A DNA stretch of 64,000 nucleotides from Selaginella moellendorffii (lineage: Eukaryota; Plantae; Lycopodiophyta). The position numbers and the translations under genes are program-made. The stretch lies in NCBI RefSeq assembly GCF_000143415.4, contig NW_003314309.1:737459-801458 (forward strand). Reading direction: 5' to 3'. Below, piece after piece: positions 1 through 14,314 of the stretch (position 1 is the first letter of the stretch; each line of letters begins with the position of its first letter). The notes below the pieces were generated by a model that was not told the origin of the DNA, made no database searches, and was given only the letters and a program-made list of their open reading frames with translations.

Positions 1-1403
1 TGAGTGCTATCAAAGACAAGCTCGACTTCCACTACATCCAGGGCGAGGTGGAGTTTTTCAAGAGCCGCGTAAAGAAATACAAGAGCACCGTGCTCAAGGT
101 AAACTTCATCCCCACTCCTCCGGGATTTCCAAACCCCGCGGGGATCGCCCTCCTCGACCAGAGATCCTTCCCAGTTCTCTTCGACAACTCCAAAGTCGAC
201 AAGCGCGACGTCTTCGTTGGCTCCTACAAGCCATCCGATGCCTTCACCGGCGGCGTTAGAACGCTGGCGTACCTCGACACCGAGGAGGAGAAGCACGCCC
301 GTCTCAAGGAATTCGTGTTCCAGATCCTCAAGAGCACCGGCCCGAGGTTCCTGTCCGAGTTTGAGGCCGAGATGGCCAGCGCTCTCGCCGGGGTGGAGGC
401 CGAGATGGAGTCCGGGACGAAGAACTCCATCGCCGTGAGCTCCAAGCTCCTGGATCTGGCGTTTAACTTCATGGTCAAGGCGGTCACCGGCGGCGCTGAC
501 CCATCCAGTCAATTCGGGTCATACGGCCCCCTGCTAATGCAGCTATGGATTGGCGTCCAATTCGCGCCAATCTCGCCACGCACGCAACTCCCCGCCGTGA
601 TCGAGGAGCTCCTCCTCCGCAGCTTTCCACTGCCGCCACTGATCGTCCGGTGGCCCTACGATCGCATCGCCGGATTCTTCCGCGACAACGCCACCGCGCT
701 GATCGACATGGGCGAGAAGCAATTCGGGCTGGATCGCGAGGAGGCGCTCCACAATCTCGTGTTCGTGGTGGGCGTGAATGGGTTCCTGGGCTTCTCGCGG
801 ATGCTCCCATCGCTGCTGTTCTACGTCGCGTCGCAGAGCGAGGCGTTCCAGCAGCGGCTGGGCGGGGAGATCCGCGGCGCGATGGGCGACGATGGTAGCG
901 CGCGCAAGTTCATGGCCGCGGTGGAGCGAATGCCGCTGCTCAAATCGACCGTGCTGGAGGTGATGAGGATCGCGCCGCCGGTGCTCTACCAGTACGGGCG
1001 CGCGCGGCGGGAATTCGTGGTGGAGTCCGGGGATGGGAGGGAGTTTCTCATCCGCAAGGGCGAGCTGCTGGGCGGATCGCAGGCGCTCGTGTGCCGGGAT
1101 CCCACAGTCTTCGATTCGCCGGACGAGTTTGTCCCGGATCGCTTCCTCGGGGCCCAAGGCCGCGAGCTGGAGCGCTGTGTGTTTTGGTCCAATGGCCGCA
1201 ACACGGACTCTACGAGCTCTGCCAACAAGCAGTGTGGAGGGAAGGATTTCGTGGAGACAATCGGGCGTTTGTTCGTCGCGCAGCTCTACTTGCGGTACGA
1301 AAGCATCAAGCTGGGCCCGGATTCCAAGCCCGAGTCGCCCGTGATCAAATCGCTGAGAAAGATCTCCGTGGCAACTAGAACTGGCAACAAAGTAAGTGCC
1401 TAG
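1..1403 (+). CDS. CYP74: CYP74-family cytochrome P450 (AOS/HPL/DES/EAS oxylipin enzyme); N-terminus lies before the window start
   Basis: Frame is open from base 3 (SAIKDKLDFHYIQGEVEFFKSRVKKYKSTV). CYP74 hallmarks: I-helix HNLVFVVGVNGFLG, ExxR (EVMR), PDRF, WSNG and heme motif NKQCGGKD. Intronless; stop at 1403. Confidence 0.95.
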   Translation, partial: SAIKDKLDFHYIQGEVEFFKSRVKKYKSTVLKVNFIPTPPGFPNPAGIALLDQRSFPVLFDNSKVDKRDVFVGSYKPSDAFTGGVRTLAYLDTEEEKHARLKEFVFQILKSTGPRFLSEFEAEMASALAGVEAEMESGTKNSIAVSSKLLDLAFNFMVKAVTGGADPSSQFGSYGPLLMQLWIGVQFAPISPRTQLPAVIEELLLRSFPLPPLIVRWPYDRIAGFFRDNATALIDMGEKQFGLDREEALHNLVFVVGVNGFLGFSRMLPSLLFYVASQSEAFQQRLGGEIRGAMGDDGSARKFMAAVERMPLLKSTVLEVMRIAPPVLYQYGRARREFVVESGDGREFLIRKGELLGGSQALVCRDPTVFDSPDEFVPDRFLGAQGRELERCVFWSNGRNTDSTSSANKQCGGKDFVETIGRLFVAQLYLRYESIKLGPDSKPESPVIKSLRKISVATRTGNKVSA

Positions 1404-1465
1404 CTCCAAGCTGGAGTGTATAAGCTCTTTGATTGATTGATAGCTCATAACTTACTCCTGGTTCT

Positions 1466-2909
1466 TCACTGTGGGATCTTTCGGAATTCCGCTAGCACGG
1501 GGTAGATGTTCTCGAAAGCTTCGTAGATCTCGTCTCTTACCTGTGGAGCTTTTTTCAGTATCAAAGCATGAGAGAGGGATCAAACCTTTGCTCCCGTGAG
1601 CACGATTTTGCCAGAGACGAAGATGAGCAAGACGATCTTAGGCTGCTTCATTCTGTAAATGAGTCCTGGGAAGATCTCCGGCTCGTACTGCGAAACGAAT
1701 GTCTTAACCAAGAGAAGAAGAAGAACAGGAGAAATGAGCATAGCTTAACTGTTGAGAAGTGGCCGTGGGAGAAGGCGAGGCCTTCGAGCCGGATTGGAAA
1801 TCGGACATCGCACGATCCCACGATGTTCTGAATCTTAAAGTCCTGTGCAGGAGAAAGGCTATGGAAGATACACATGATTTTGACAGGCTCTAGTACCTTG
1901 AATTGACTGGGAAAGCCAAGCTTTTGGATGATCCGAGCGTACTAGACACCATGCACACAAAACTTGCGTAAGTAGCTAGAAGTCATTGACTGCCTCTTTC
2001 AAGTAGTCTTTTTTCTCTTAGTTGGTTGAGAAACCTTTCTAGCCGCAAGCCTGCAATTTTGTTCGCTCTTGGCCCCAGTGCACACCTAAGTAGAGACCAA
2101 ACAAGAAAAAAAAAATAAAAAAAAATCTTACTGAATTAGCAGTTAGTCGTCGAGGTCACGGATAAAAATCTCACCATCTTTCCGGACGCAAAGATGAGAG
2201 CCGTGGTTTTGGGTTCTCTTATACGCATGATCACAGCAGCAAAACGCTGGATAAGAGAAGAGAGAGAGAGACAAGTCATAAAAACAAGAGAAAAAAAAGA
2301 ACACAAACAAACCTTGGGATTGTACTCGGCATTCCTTGCATGCAGCGCGATCGTCTTTAGCTCGAGCTTGCAATCCATGTTCACAGTCGCGACTATGTTC
2401 CTGGATGGCGGAATCAAAAAAGAAAATAGGATAAAATAAATCCACCAGGAAAGTCTAAAGTTCCATTTTTCCAACAAGAAGATATCACTCAACTGGAGCG
2501 TGGGAACGATCCCTGACGGATGCTTGCTCAAGTCAACAGCCACGCCGCCTTGGAATCCCAGTCGCGAGAAGCCCTCTTTGCTCGAAGGCGATGGATTGTT
2601 CTCCAGTTCTTGATGAATTTGCTGCTGCGGCTGGTGCTGATAAGCCACATTCTGGCGCTGCCACGCGAAGTACTGCTGCAGCTGACTGGAATCCAGATTC
2701 GCGATCGCTGGAGCCGCGGCATACTGACCCTGGAAGAAATTTTGCTGCGCGAAGAAATCTTGCTGAGCAGCAAGATCTTGCTGCTGCTGCTGGTATTGGA
2801 GGCGCCGATCGATCAAGGGCGGCGGCAGCGCCGGATCGCCGTGAAGAATGTGCTCCTCGGGGACGAAATCTTGGCTTTTCCCGGCGCCCGCCTCTTCACA
2901 TCCCTCCAT
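1466..2909 (-). CDS. TBP: TATA-box binding protein, multi-exon, with a long Gln-rich N-terminal extension
   Basis: Spliced exons give [70 protein letters not shown]...[96 protein letters not shown], with GT-AG introns. Confidence 0.95.
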
Positions 2910-3143
2910 TCCAAAACAATGGACCGCTCTTCGCGAGCCCTATTAATACGTATACGTTTGGCATGAAGGAGTGACACGTGGAAGATTCTCAAGCCAAGAG
3001 CTTTCCTTTTTTCTCCATTGACATTGATGAAAGAGCACAAAAAATCCCTCCTTGTTATCAAACTAATCTTTTGGCTCTATTGTTTTATACATTTACACGA
3101 GATGTTACTGCAAAAGGCCGCCCGAGAGGAAAGAGAAGAAGAG

Positions 3144-3148
<5 letters not shown>

Positions 3149-3180
<32 letters not shown>
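3149..3180. repeat. (AG)16 microsatellite
   Basis: Read directly; lies between the BiP stop and the TBP upstream region. Confidence 0.95.
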
Positions 3181-3186
<6 letters not shown>

Positions 3187-3210
3187 GAGAGAAAAAAAAA
3201 CTGGAAGAAC

Positions 3211-5634
<2,424 letters not shown>

Positions 5635-5979
5635 CGCGCTCTCTGTCGAAATGCTGCGAGACCTAAGCGCGCATGCCTTTTTAACTCCTCTGGTGCTAGC
5701 TGAAAGCTCTAGAAAGAACTAGGGCAGATGCAAGCAAGCGAATGGGAGCACGACACGTGGAAAACGCCCCAATGAGAATAAACCAGGTCATCCAGCCAAT
5801 CAGAAGGCGTGGCCACTCTACAATGAAGTGGCTCGGCCAATCAGAGCCCGGCATTTTGTTGGTTGTTTTATTGCCGCCGGATCGCGTGGGCGTGGACAAA
5901 TCGAGGCCGTTTGTTTTAAATGCCAGGTGAAAAGAAACTTAAAAGAGTGCCCTAGCTTGGACGCTGGACGGAGCTCGCC
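5635..5979. promoter_or_regulatory. Bidirectional BiP/GRP94 promoter with CCAAT boxes, an ERSE-like element and a G-box
   Basis: 345 bp between divergent ATGs. GACACGTGG at 5752-5760; CCAAT at 5769, 5796 and 5837 (the last two as identical GCCAATCAGA); CCAAT-N9-CCAGG at 5769-5787. Confidence 0.75.
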
Positions 5980-8900
5980 ATGGCGCGATCGGCAGCGGTG
6001 GTTGCCCTGTTCTTCCTGATCGCTCTCACGGCCTTCCCCGATCAAGGTAATCGATATTCACGGATCTCCGTGGGGGCATTGGATTGATCTAAGAATCGAG
6101 TGATTTTTGCTCTGCTTAGGCCCGATCAGGTCTAAGGTCCACGCAGAAGATACCGGAGTTACCGAAGAGAATGCCAGTCCTCCGAAAATCGAAGAACCGA
6201 TCGGTGGCGCGATTCCTGACGCCTTGTCTACTGATTCCCAGGTTGTCGAGAGGTAATGTACATCATTACTTTGCTGGAACTTTTTTGTTTCTCTTCTTTT
6301 TCCGGGGCAATTCTAAGTGTGTGGACATTTTCTACTCAGGGAGTCCGAGTCCGTGGGCCAAAAGACTTTGCGAGCCCATGCACAGAGATTTACGTTCCAG
6401 GCTGAAGTTTCGAGGTTGATGGACATTATTGTCAACTCTCTATATAGCAACAAGGATATCTTCCTTCGAGAGCTTATTTCGAACGCCTCTGACGTGAGTG
6501 AGATGGTTGATTTGGTGTTCGCCGTTTGAGCCCCTCTTCTTCTTGTTCTTTTTTCTCACAGGCATTGGACAAAATTCGGTTTCTGTCTCTTACCGACAAG
6601 TCTCAGCTCGGCGAAGGTGACGAGTCCAAACTGGAAATCAGGGTCGGTACTTCATCCATTTCAGTCGCTAATAGTCGTCCAAGTTCTTACATTCTATATA
6701 CCAGATTAAACTGGACAAAGAGAAGAAGCTTCTTTCTATTCGCGATCGTGGCATCGGGATGACTAAGGACGAGTTGATAAAGAACCTTGGAACAATCGCG
6801 AAGTCTGGAACCTCAGGTGCTTTCTTTGACTCCTTTGAATTTTGTTGAACAACTTTGATGTTTCTTTTGTAGCATTTTTCGAAAAGATGCAGTCAGGAGG
6901 TGACTTAAATTTGATTGGCCAGTTTGGAGTCGGTTTCTACTCGGTGTATTTGGTCGCGGATTACGTCGAGGTCATCAGTAAAAATAACGAAGACAAGCAG
7001 TATGGCTTTCAGCTTTTCTGTTTAACTAGGCTTTGGAAGCTGACATATATTTCTTAGGTACATTTGGGAATCTACAGCTGATGGAGCTTTTGCCGTTAGC
7101 GAGGATGAAGAAAATGAGCCGTTAGGACGCGGGACTGAAATTAAATTGCACCTGAAAGATGATGCTGCGGATTATTTGGAAGAGTCGAAACTGAAAGTAC
7201 GTTCCATTGTTTTGCCTTTTGATTTTGTGACCTAACTTTTTGTTTTTCTTTTGGCAACGCAGGAGCTAGTTCAAAAGTACTCAGAATTCATGAACTTTCC
7301 GATATACCTTTGGAATTCTACGGAAGTTGAGGTTGAAGTTCCTGTAGACGAAGAGACTGAAGAGACTGTTGAAGAGGAAGACGACAAACCAGAAGACAAA
7401 CCAGGTTTGCTTTCAAAGACAAGGAATGCTGTTTTAATTTTTGCTCTTTTAACTTGCAGAAGAAAGTGAAACAGAAGAGGAGACTGAAAGTAAGAGGTTT
7501 TCTTTCTATAAACTTTGGTTTACAGTATTTATCTTGTTTAGAGCCGAAAACGAAGAAAGTCAAAGAAATCAAGTGGGACTGGGAGCTACTAAATGACGTC
7601 AAAGCTATCTGGCTAAGGAGTCCAAAGGATGTTACCGAGGATGAGTACTCGAAGTTTTATCATTCGATCTCTAAGGTGAGCTGATGTGATTGGCAAATGT
7701 TGTCAATTTTACGTGCATTGTTCAGGATTATAACCCCGACAAGCCAATGTCCTGGAGTCATTTCTCTGCGGAAGGAGATGTCGAGTTCAAGGCTGTGTTG
7801 TTCATTCCTCCGAAGGCTCCGCATGATCTTTACGAGAATTACTACAACAGCAAAACATCATTGAAGCTCTACGTTCGGCGAGTGTTCGTATCCGACGAGT
7901 TCGACGAACTTTTGCCTAAGTACCTCAGCTTTTTGAAGGTTGGTCGTGTGCAGTATTCGCGTCAGTCTATTTAATGCTTGGGTTTTTCACAGGGCCTGGT
8001 CGATTCTGATACACTGCCAATTAACGTTTCTCGAGAAATGCTGCAGCAGCACGGCAGTTTGAGAACCATCAAGAAGAAACTTGTTCGCAAGGCGCTCGAT
8101 ATGATTCGTAGCATAGTTAACGCTGACCCGGACGAGGCCAATCCTGATGCCAAAGCGGAGGATGCCAAAGCTGAGAATGCTGAAGGTTGGTACATGTACA
8201 TATTGGTCGTTAACGTTAAGTTGTTTACCTTTCAGACGTAAAATCTGACGAGAAGAAGGAAGAAAAATCCGACGAGAAGAAGGAAGAAAACAAAGGAAAA
8301 TACGTCAAGTTCTGGAACGAGTTCGGCAAGTCGATTAAACTTGGCATCGTTGAAGACGCAACTAACAGAGTGCGTCTTGCGAAACTCCTGCGATTCTACA
8401 GGTAAGATAGTCAAGAAAATTGTAGCAGCTCTGATTGTTATTCTAAATTCTCACAGCTCTAATTCGGACGACAAGCTCTCCTCACTTGAACAGTATGTTA
8501 GCCGGATGAAGCCCGGGCAGAAGGACATCTATTTCATCACTGGCCAAGACCGTGAGCAACTCAAGAAGTCTCCGTTTCTGGAGAGGCTCCAGAAAGAAGG
8601 CTATGAGGTACTTTTTTCCTTTGGGATAATAATCCGAGGTGACTAATGCCTTGGTTCATGCGCAGGTTATTTTCTTCACGGACCCAGTCGATGAGTATTT
8701 GACTCAGTACCTGACCGAGTTCGATGACAAGAAGCTCGTCAACATCTCCAAGGAAGGATTGAAGCTTGGACAGAAGGACAAGGAGAAGGCCAAGGAATTG
8801 AAGCAGTCGTTCAAGCCTCTGCTGGCATGGTGGAAAGACGTTCTTAAGCCCGAGGGTGTGGACAGCGTGAAAATCAGTAACCGTCTTGCCGACACTCCCG

Positions 8901-9542
8901 CCGTGGTTGTGACATCCACTTATGGCTGGAGCGCCAACATGGAGAGGATAATGCGAGCGCAAACCTTGACCGACAACTCCAGACAGAACTACATGCGCGG
9001 AAAGAGAGTGCTGGAGATCAATCCCCGTCACCCCATCATCAAGGAGTTGCGTGGGAAAGTGGACGAACAGCCAGAGGTTCGTCTAGTTTGCATTACAAGA
9101 TCTAAGTTCTCATCTCATTGTTTTCTACAGGATGAGAGCACAAAGGCGACTGGAAAGCTCATCTACAAGACGGCTTTGATTGACAGTGGTTTCCTGGTTG
9201 ACGACTCGAAGGAGTTTGCGTCCCAGATCTACTCGATCATCAAGAGCAACCTCAACATCAGCCCCGACGCACAATTCGACGAGGAGATCGAGACGGTCAT
9301 CGAAGACAAGGTATGAAGCTTATGACAAGGCTAGGGATATGGATCTGTTTACTGTTTTTGTCTTCTCACAGGAGAGCGTCGAGGAGAACGAAGATGCTGA
9401 GCCAGGCTCCGAGGGTTCCGAGGGCTCCGAGCCAGATTCGCCCTTTGGCGAGGATGGATTGCCGAGAGGCCAGTCCATGGGGAGTACTCTTAGGTCCGAA
9501 AACTATGAGCCAGACGACGAAGACGAGAAGGATGAACTATGA
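5980..9542 (+). CDS. HSP90-7: ER HSP90 (GRP94/endoplasmin, SHEPHERD-like), multi-exon
   Basis: Signal peptide [16 protein letters not shown]. Motifs [52 protein letters not shown] and [10 protein letters not shown]-terminal KDEL, stop at 9542. Confidence 0.97.
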
Positions 9543-9671
9543 CGAGATAGCCTCTAGACATTTTGTACACTTGGCGCGCTCCCAAGAACCCTAATTTCTG
9601 TATGTTTGAAAAAACGAATATTTTGTGTTAACTAACCTGTGCTTAAAAGGTTTCAATCATAACCCAAGGCT

Positions 9672-12203
9672 ATGGATGGCCTGGAACAAGCGTTTGAATG
9701 GATCCAGGCCAAGGGCGCGCGGGCCACGCGCGCCGACTATGCCTCGCTGCTCAAGCGCTGTGGCGTCGCTAGGGTTCTAGATTTCGCCAGGCGCGCCTAC
9801 GAATCCATGGCGCGCAGCCGGCACCACGACGAGCTCTCCCTCCGCAATCTCTCCATCGAGATGTTTGGCAAGTGCGGGGACATCGAGGTGGCCAGGGAGA
9901 TTTTCCACGGCCTGTGGCGCCCAAATCTCTTCTCCTGGACGATGATCCTGGCGGCCTGCGCTCGCAATGGCCGGAATCTCGAGGCGCTGCTGCTCGTCCG
10001 CCGGATGATTGGCGAGGGAGCGCGACCGGATGTGGTGTGCTTCGTGACGATCCTGGATTTGTGCGCGGCCACGGCGGATTTGGAGCAAGGTAAGGTCGCT
10101 CACGCCTGGATTCTTGCCTGTGGTGTGGAGTCGTCTAGTAGGGTTCTTGGCAATGCGCTGATCAACATGTATGGTAAATGCAGGAATCTGGATCTCGCTA
10201 GAGCGCAGTTTGATCGGATGGAGCACCAAGATCACGGGAGAGATGTTGTGACTTGGAACTCGCTGCTTGCGGCATTTACCCACAATGGGTATTTGGAGGA
10301 GGCTGCTCGGTTGTTCCAAGAGATGGAAGTCGAAGGGATCAAGCCCAGCAGCGTGACTCTCACATGTGTTCTTGAGTCTTGTAGCGGCGATCGCCAAGGT
10401 AAGCTCTTTCACGATCGAGTTCTCGATCTCGGACTCCAAGGGGACGAGTTTCTCATGAATTCTCTCGTGAAGATGTATGCCAGGTGTGGGAGACTGGAAG
10501 AGAGCAGGCTGGTTTTCCGAGCGATCGATCAAAAGGATATCATTTCCTGGAACGTGATGATCTCGCTGGAAGCTCGGCTGGGAAGCAGCGAAGAGGCGGT
10601 TGAGCTGCTGCGAGAGATTGATCTGGAGGGATTTCCAGAGCCGGACGAGGTAACTTTTATCAGCGTTGTCGACGCTTGCTCTTGCCTGGGAGACTTAGAT
10701 CTGTGCTTCACCATCCAGGAGCTCGTTTCCAGCGCTGGCTTTGACGACGATCTCCTCCTTGGCAACGCTGTTGTCAACATGTTTGGGAAGTCCGGCTGCT
10801 TGGATGCTGCTCGAGCAACTTTTGATCGATTGCCAGTCAAGAATGTGGTCTCCTGGAACTGCTTGATCTCGGGTTACGCGCAGAACCTCCAGGGAAGAAG
10901 ATGTCTGGAGCTTTTCAGGCAGATGGATCAAGAGGGTGTCAAAGCCAACTCGGTCACCTTTGTCAGCCTTCTCGACGCGTGCTCTACAATCCCAGCTCTT
11001 GACTTTGGACGAGAACTCCATCTCCGGATCACTGCTGCCGGATTGGAACTACACACGGTGGTGGCGACTGCGCTGATCAACATGTATGGCAAGTGCCAGG
11101 AGCTCCAACTCGCACAAGAACTACTCGAGAGATACCAGTCGACGGGACTAGTGGCTTGCAACGTCATGATCTCGGCGTATGCCCAAGTTGGGCATAGCGA
11201 GAGAGCTATGGAGTTTCTCCAAGGAATGGATCTCGCAGGTGTCAAGGCCGACGTTGTGACTTACATTGGAGCGCTCGAGGCGTGCGCTTGCTCCAAGGAT
11301 TTTTCCAAAGGTCAGGCTGTCTACGATCGGGTTGTGAGCACCGGCTGGATCTCGCAGCTCGTCATTGCAAACTCGGTGATCAACATGCTGGGAAAGAGTG
11401 GACGGGTTTTGGAAGCCGCCATTGTCTTCGATCGGATGGAAAAGAGAGACAGCGTCACGTGGAACGCGATCGCTGCTGCATATGCCCAGAACGGGCATCC
11501 GCTGGAAGCGCTGGAATTGTTCTGGAGAATGCAGCAGCAGGGTGTTCGAGCACAGGAGGCGACGTTTGTGACGATCTTAGATGCTTGCGGCGATTCCAGC
11601 TCGTTGCTCGCCCATGGTCGATCGATCGCGAAGCTGAGTTCTTGGACGTCCGACGCGATCAAAGGGGCGCTGCTGGGAATGTACTCCAAGTGTGGCTGCG
11701 TGGACGACGCGCTGGCAGCGCTCCAGAGCTTGTCCTCGCGGGGGCTGCTGGCGTGGACGTCCATGCTGGCGGCCTACGCCCACGTCGGACGCGCCAGCGA
11801 GGCACTGCGCGTGCTCGGGCAAATGCAGCACGATGGGGTGGTGCCCGACGACGTGGCATTTTCTGCCGTGGTGTTTGCATGCAGCCACGCTGGACTCCTC
11901 CACGAGGCGCTCGTACGGCTGGCGTGGGTGTCCGGGGATTACGGTACGGCCATGGGCGCTGGGCTGTACGAATGCGTTGTGGATGTGCTTGCACGGATGG
12001 GCCGGCTCCAGGAGGCCGAGGAGCTCATGCACGCGATGCCGTACGAGCCCGATAGTTTGGCCTGGATGGCGCTTTTGGGCGCGTGTACAGTCCACGGTGA
12101 TCTGGAAAGGGGGGCTCGTACGGCGGGACACGAGGCATTGTTGGATTCGGGCAGTGGGCGATATGTCTTGCTATCCAATATGTACGCCTCATGGGAGGAT
12201 TGA
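9672..12203 (+). CDS. PLS-class pentatricopeptide repeat protein ending in an E domain, no DYW
   Basis: 843-aa intronless ORF with repeated NALINMYGKC / VVSWN motifs, ACSHAGL, WMALLGAC; ends YVLLSNMYASWED. Confidence 0.93.
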   Translation: MDGLEQAFEWIQAKGARATRADYASLLKRCGVARVLDFARRAYESMARSRHHDELSLRNLSIEMFGKCGDIEVAREIFHGLWRPNLFSWTMILAACARNGRNLEALLLVRRMIGEGARPDVVCFVTILDLCAATADLEQGKVAHAWILACGVESSSRVLGNALINMYGKCRNLDLARAQFDRMEHQDHGRDVVTWNSLLAAFTHNGYLEEAARLFQEMEVEGIKPSSVTLTCVLESCSGDRQGKLFHDRVLDLGLQGDEFLMNSLVKMYARCGRLEESRLVFRAIDQKDIISWNVMISLEARLGSSEEAVELLREIDLEGFPEPDEVTFISVVDACSCLGDLDLCFTIQELVSSAGFDDDLLLGNAVVNMFGKSGCLDAARATFDRLPVKNVVSWNCLISGYAQNLQGRRCLELFRQMDQEGVKANSVTFVSLLDACSTIPALDFGRELHLRITAAGLELHTVVATALINMYGKCQELQLAQELLERYQSTGLVACNVMISAYAQVGHSERAMEFLQGMDLAGVKADVVTYIGALEACACSKDFSKGQAVYDRVVSTGWISQLVIANSVINMLGKSGRVLEAAIVFDRMEKRDSVTWNAIAAAYAQNGHPLEALELFWRMQQQGVRAQEATFVTILDACGDSSSLLAHGRSIAKLSSWTSDAIKGALLGMYSKCGCVDDALAALQSLSSRGLLAWTSMLAAYAHVGRASEALRVLGQMQHDGVVPDDVAFSAVVFACSHAGLLHEALVRLAWVSGDYGTAMGAGLYECVVDVLARMGRLQEAEELMHAMPYEPDSLAWMALLGACTVHGDLERGARTAGHEALLDSGSGRYVLLSNMYASWED

Positions 12204-12564
12204 ACGGCCGGGATCTCCGGGAATGGACGGTGATCTCTGACGCTGTTGGAGTAGGAATATCTTGGGGAGATTTTTTCCGATGTGGATAAACTCTGTAGCA
12301 CAGCTGTGAACAATATTCGCGATAATTGTTTGCCCCTTGCTTACGTGTCGTAACCTTACATGCTGTCACGAGTTTGACCTTTTTAACCACGTGGTAAAAA
12401 AGTGTTGTGGCTTTGGTTTGGTGGCACTAGCTACTAGCGAGCAAGGCTAGCATGGGACGAGCAGCTAGGGTTCTTCGAGGAGGGAGTGCAATGCCGGGTT
12501 TGTCGATCGACGTAGCCAGCTGGGAGCTGTGATCGTGAGCGGCGCATTCGCCATTCGTCTTTCC

Positions 12565-13892
12565 ATGGGACTGGAGTTGTGGCGCCTTCGTCTATCGGTG
12601 GATTCGGCATCCAGATTGTGGCTGGCGCCACCGGGGAATCAAAATTTCGAGCTCAGGCACGGGGATTACGATCCTTGGAGGCGATGTCGAAGAAATTCCA
12701 GGCGATTTATTTGCTGCCGAGCGAGGAAGAGTCAATTCGAGGGTGGCAGCAAGGATTTGCGAGGCGGCGGCATCGAAATCCCGAGTTCTCTCCAGATTCT
12801 CAAGAGGAGAAACCGACAAAAGAGCCAGATACCTGGTCCCGGGGAGCTCGATGGCGGTAATCTGGTGTCGAGCTCGATCAAGAAGGCGTTTTCATCCATG
12901 GTCTTCATGCTCAAATCGATGCACCGGTTCACTCTGGAGATGCTGTGCTGCGATGAGAATTCCGTGCTCAACGAAGTGTGGAGCTTGGTCCAGCGAGAGA
13001 TGCACTCCTCGTTCCTGTGGCTGTTCCAGCAGGTATTTTCCTCCACACCAAAGCTCATGGTCTCGATCATGATCCTCCTCGCGAACTTCACAGTCTACTC
13101 CATGGACAGCTCCATCGCAATTCACTCACCAATTGTGCCAAGCACAGCGCTGGATCGCCCAGCTGCTCCAGCAGCAACAGTGATGTGGAGCTCTCCAGCT
13201 ACAGAAGTTCCGGGGTATCTAAACTTTTTTGACGAGGCTGCAATCGAGAGTAGCGGAGGATCAAAAGATGGCGGAGGAAAGCTTAGAACTCTTATAGCCG
13301 GGGGAACTGATGGGGGGGATGAGTTTCCTCTCTCCCGGCGGGGGAGAACCACGATGATGAGAGACGATCAACTGGCAGCACCAGGGAATCTTAGCAGGAA
13401 CCAGCAGCTAGCAGTGATGAAATTCCTCCAGCAAGTTCCAGTTCCAGCGAAAGTTACCAAGGAATCGCTGGTTGCTCCAGTGAGCGCAAAGCTGGAGCCC
13501 GACAACTACGAGTGCTTCGACCGGACGGACCTTCTCTACCAGCAGGCATTGGGCGAGGACCGAAAGAATCCACTGATTCTAGCCAACTACGCGCAGTTCT
13601 TGTACGTTGTTCGCCACGATCACGACAGGTACGTGGGAGTTCTTACTTCGATCGAGATGGTGAATGAAAGTTTTTGGATTGAATTGGCAGAGCTGAGACG
13701 CTGTTTCGATTGGCGATGGAGGCCGATCCCTCCGACGGTGAATCGCTCAGCCGATTCGCGAGCTTCTTGTGGCTCGCTCGAGGTGACAAGCAGGGCGCGG
13801 AGGATGCGTACAAAAATGCCATCGCGTCCGACCCCGCGAATCCATTCCACTTTGGAAGCTACGCACACTTCCTGTGGCACAGTGAGAGTTGA
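12565..13892 (+). CDS. Plant TPR-like superfamily protein (2 exons)
   Basis: Conserved plant block SSMVFMLK...EMHSSFLWLFQQVFSSTPKLMVSIMILLANFTVYS. C-terminal TPRs NPLILANYAQFL...RAETLFRLAMEADP...YAHFLW are joined across intron 13629-13690. Start ATG chosen by eye. Confidence 0.8.
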
Positions 13893-14314
13893 TGTGCCAT
13901 GATAATGTTGATATATATACACCGTTGATCTCGTGAAAGTGTTCTTGATCCGACGGCTAGGATAGAGCTGGGTGCTCATAAAGCTCGCAAGTCAAATCTT
14001 TGCCCCGGCGAGAAAATGAGGGTTTTTCGGCGCCGTGGGGAGAATCGCGCGGTGGAATTCGATGCCGCGATCAGGTACCTAGCAGATCGTTTCTCGCCTG
14101 CGCTGCGGCGAGGTCTCGTGGATCTGGCGATTGTTTAGGGCGGAATTTCGGTCCAGGAGCTGGATTCTGGTAGCTTCTGGTTCTAGAGTGGCAGGGAATG
14201 GATTTGGGAAGCTACATTGAGGTGGCTTTGGGATGGAAATTTTGCGGCGTAAGAGCTCCCGGCGGCTGGATTATTTCTCGCGTATGAACATGACAGAAGG
14301 TCGTGGCCGTCACA

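Noticed and set aside
543-1448. Long antisense or alternate-frame ORFs over GC-rich genes (also 47409-48719, 52730-53581, 38495-39322, 28570-29307)
   Set aside because: Shadow ORFs expected from GC3-rich coding on the opposite strand; no recognisable motifs.
2973-2983. GACACGTGGAA shared upstream of TBP and BiP (5752)
   Set aside because: G-box/ABRE motifs are common in plant promoters; one shared 11-mer is insufficient evidence of co-regulation.
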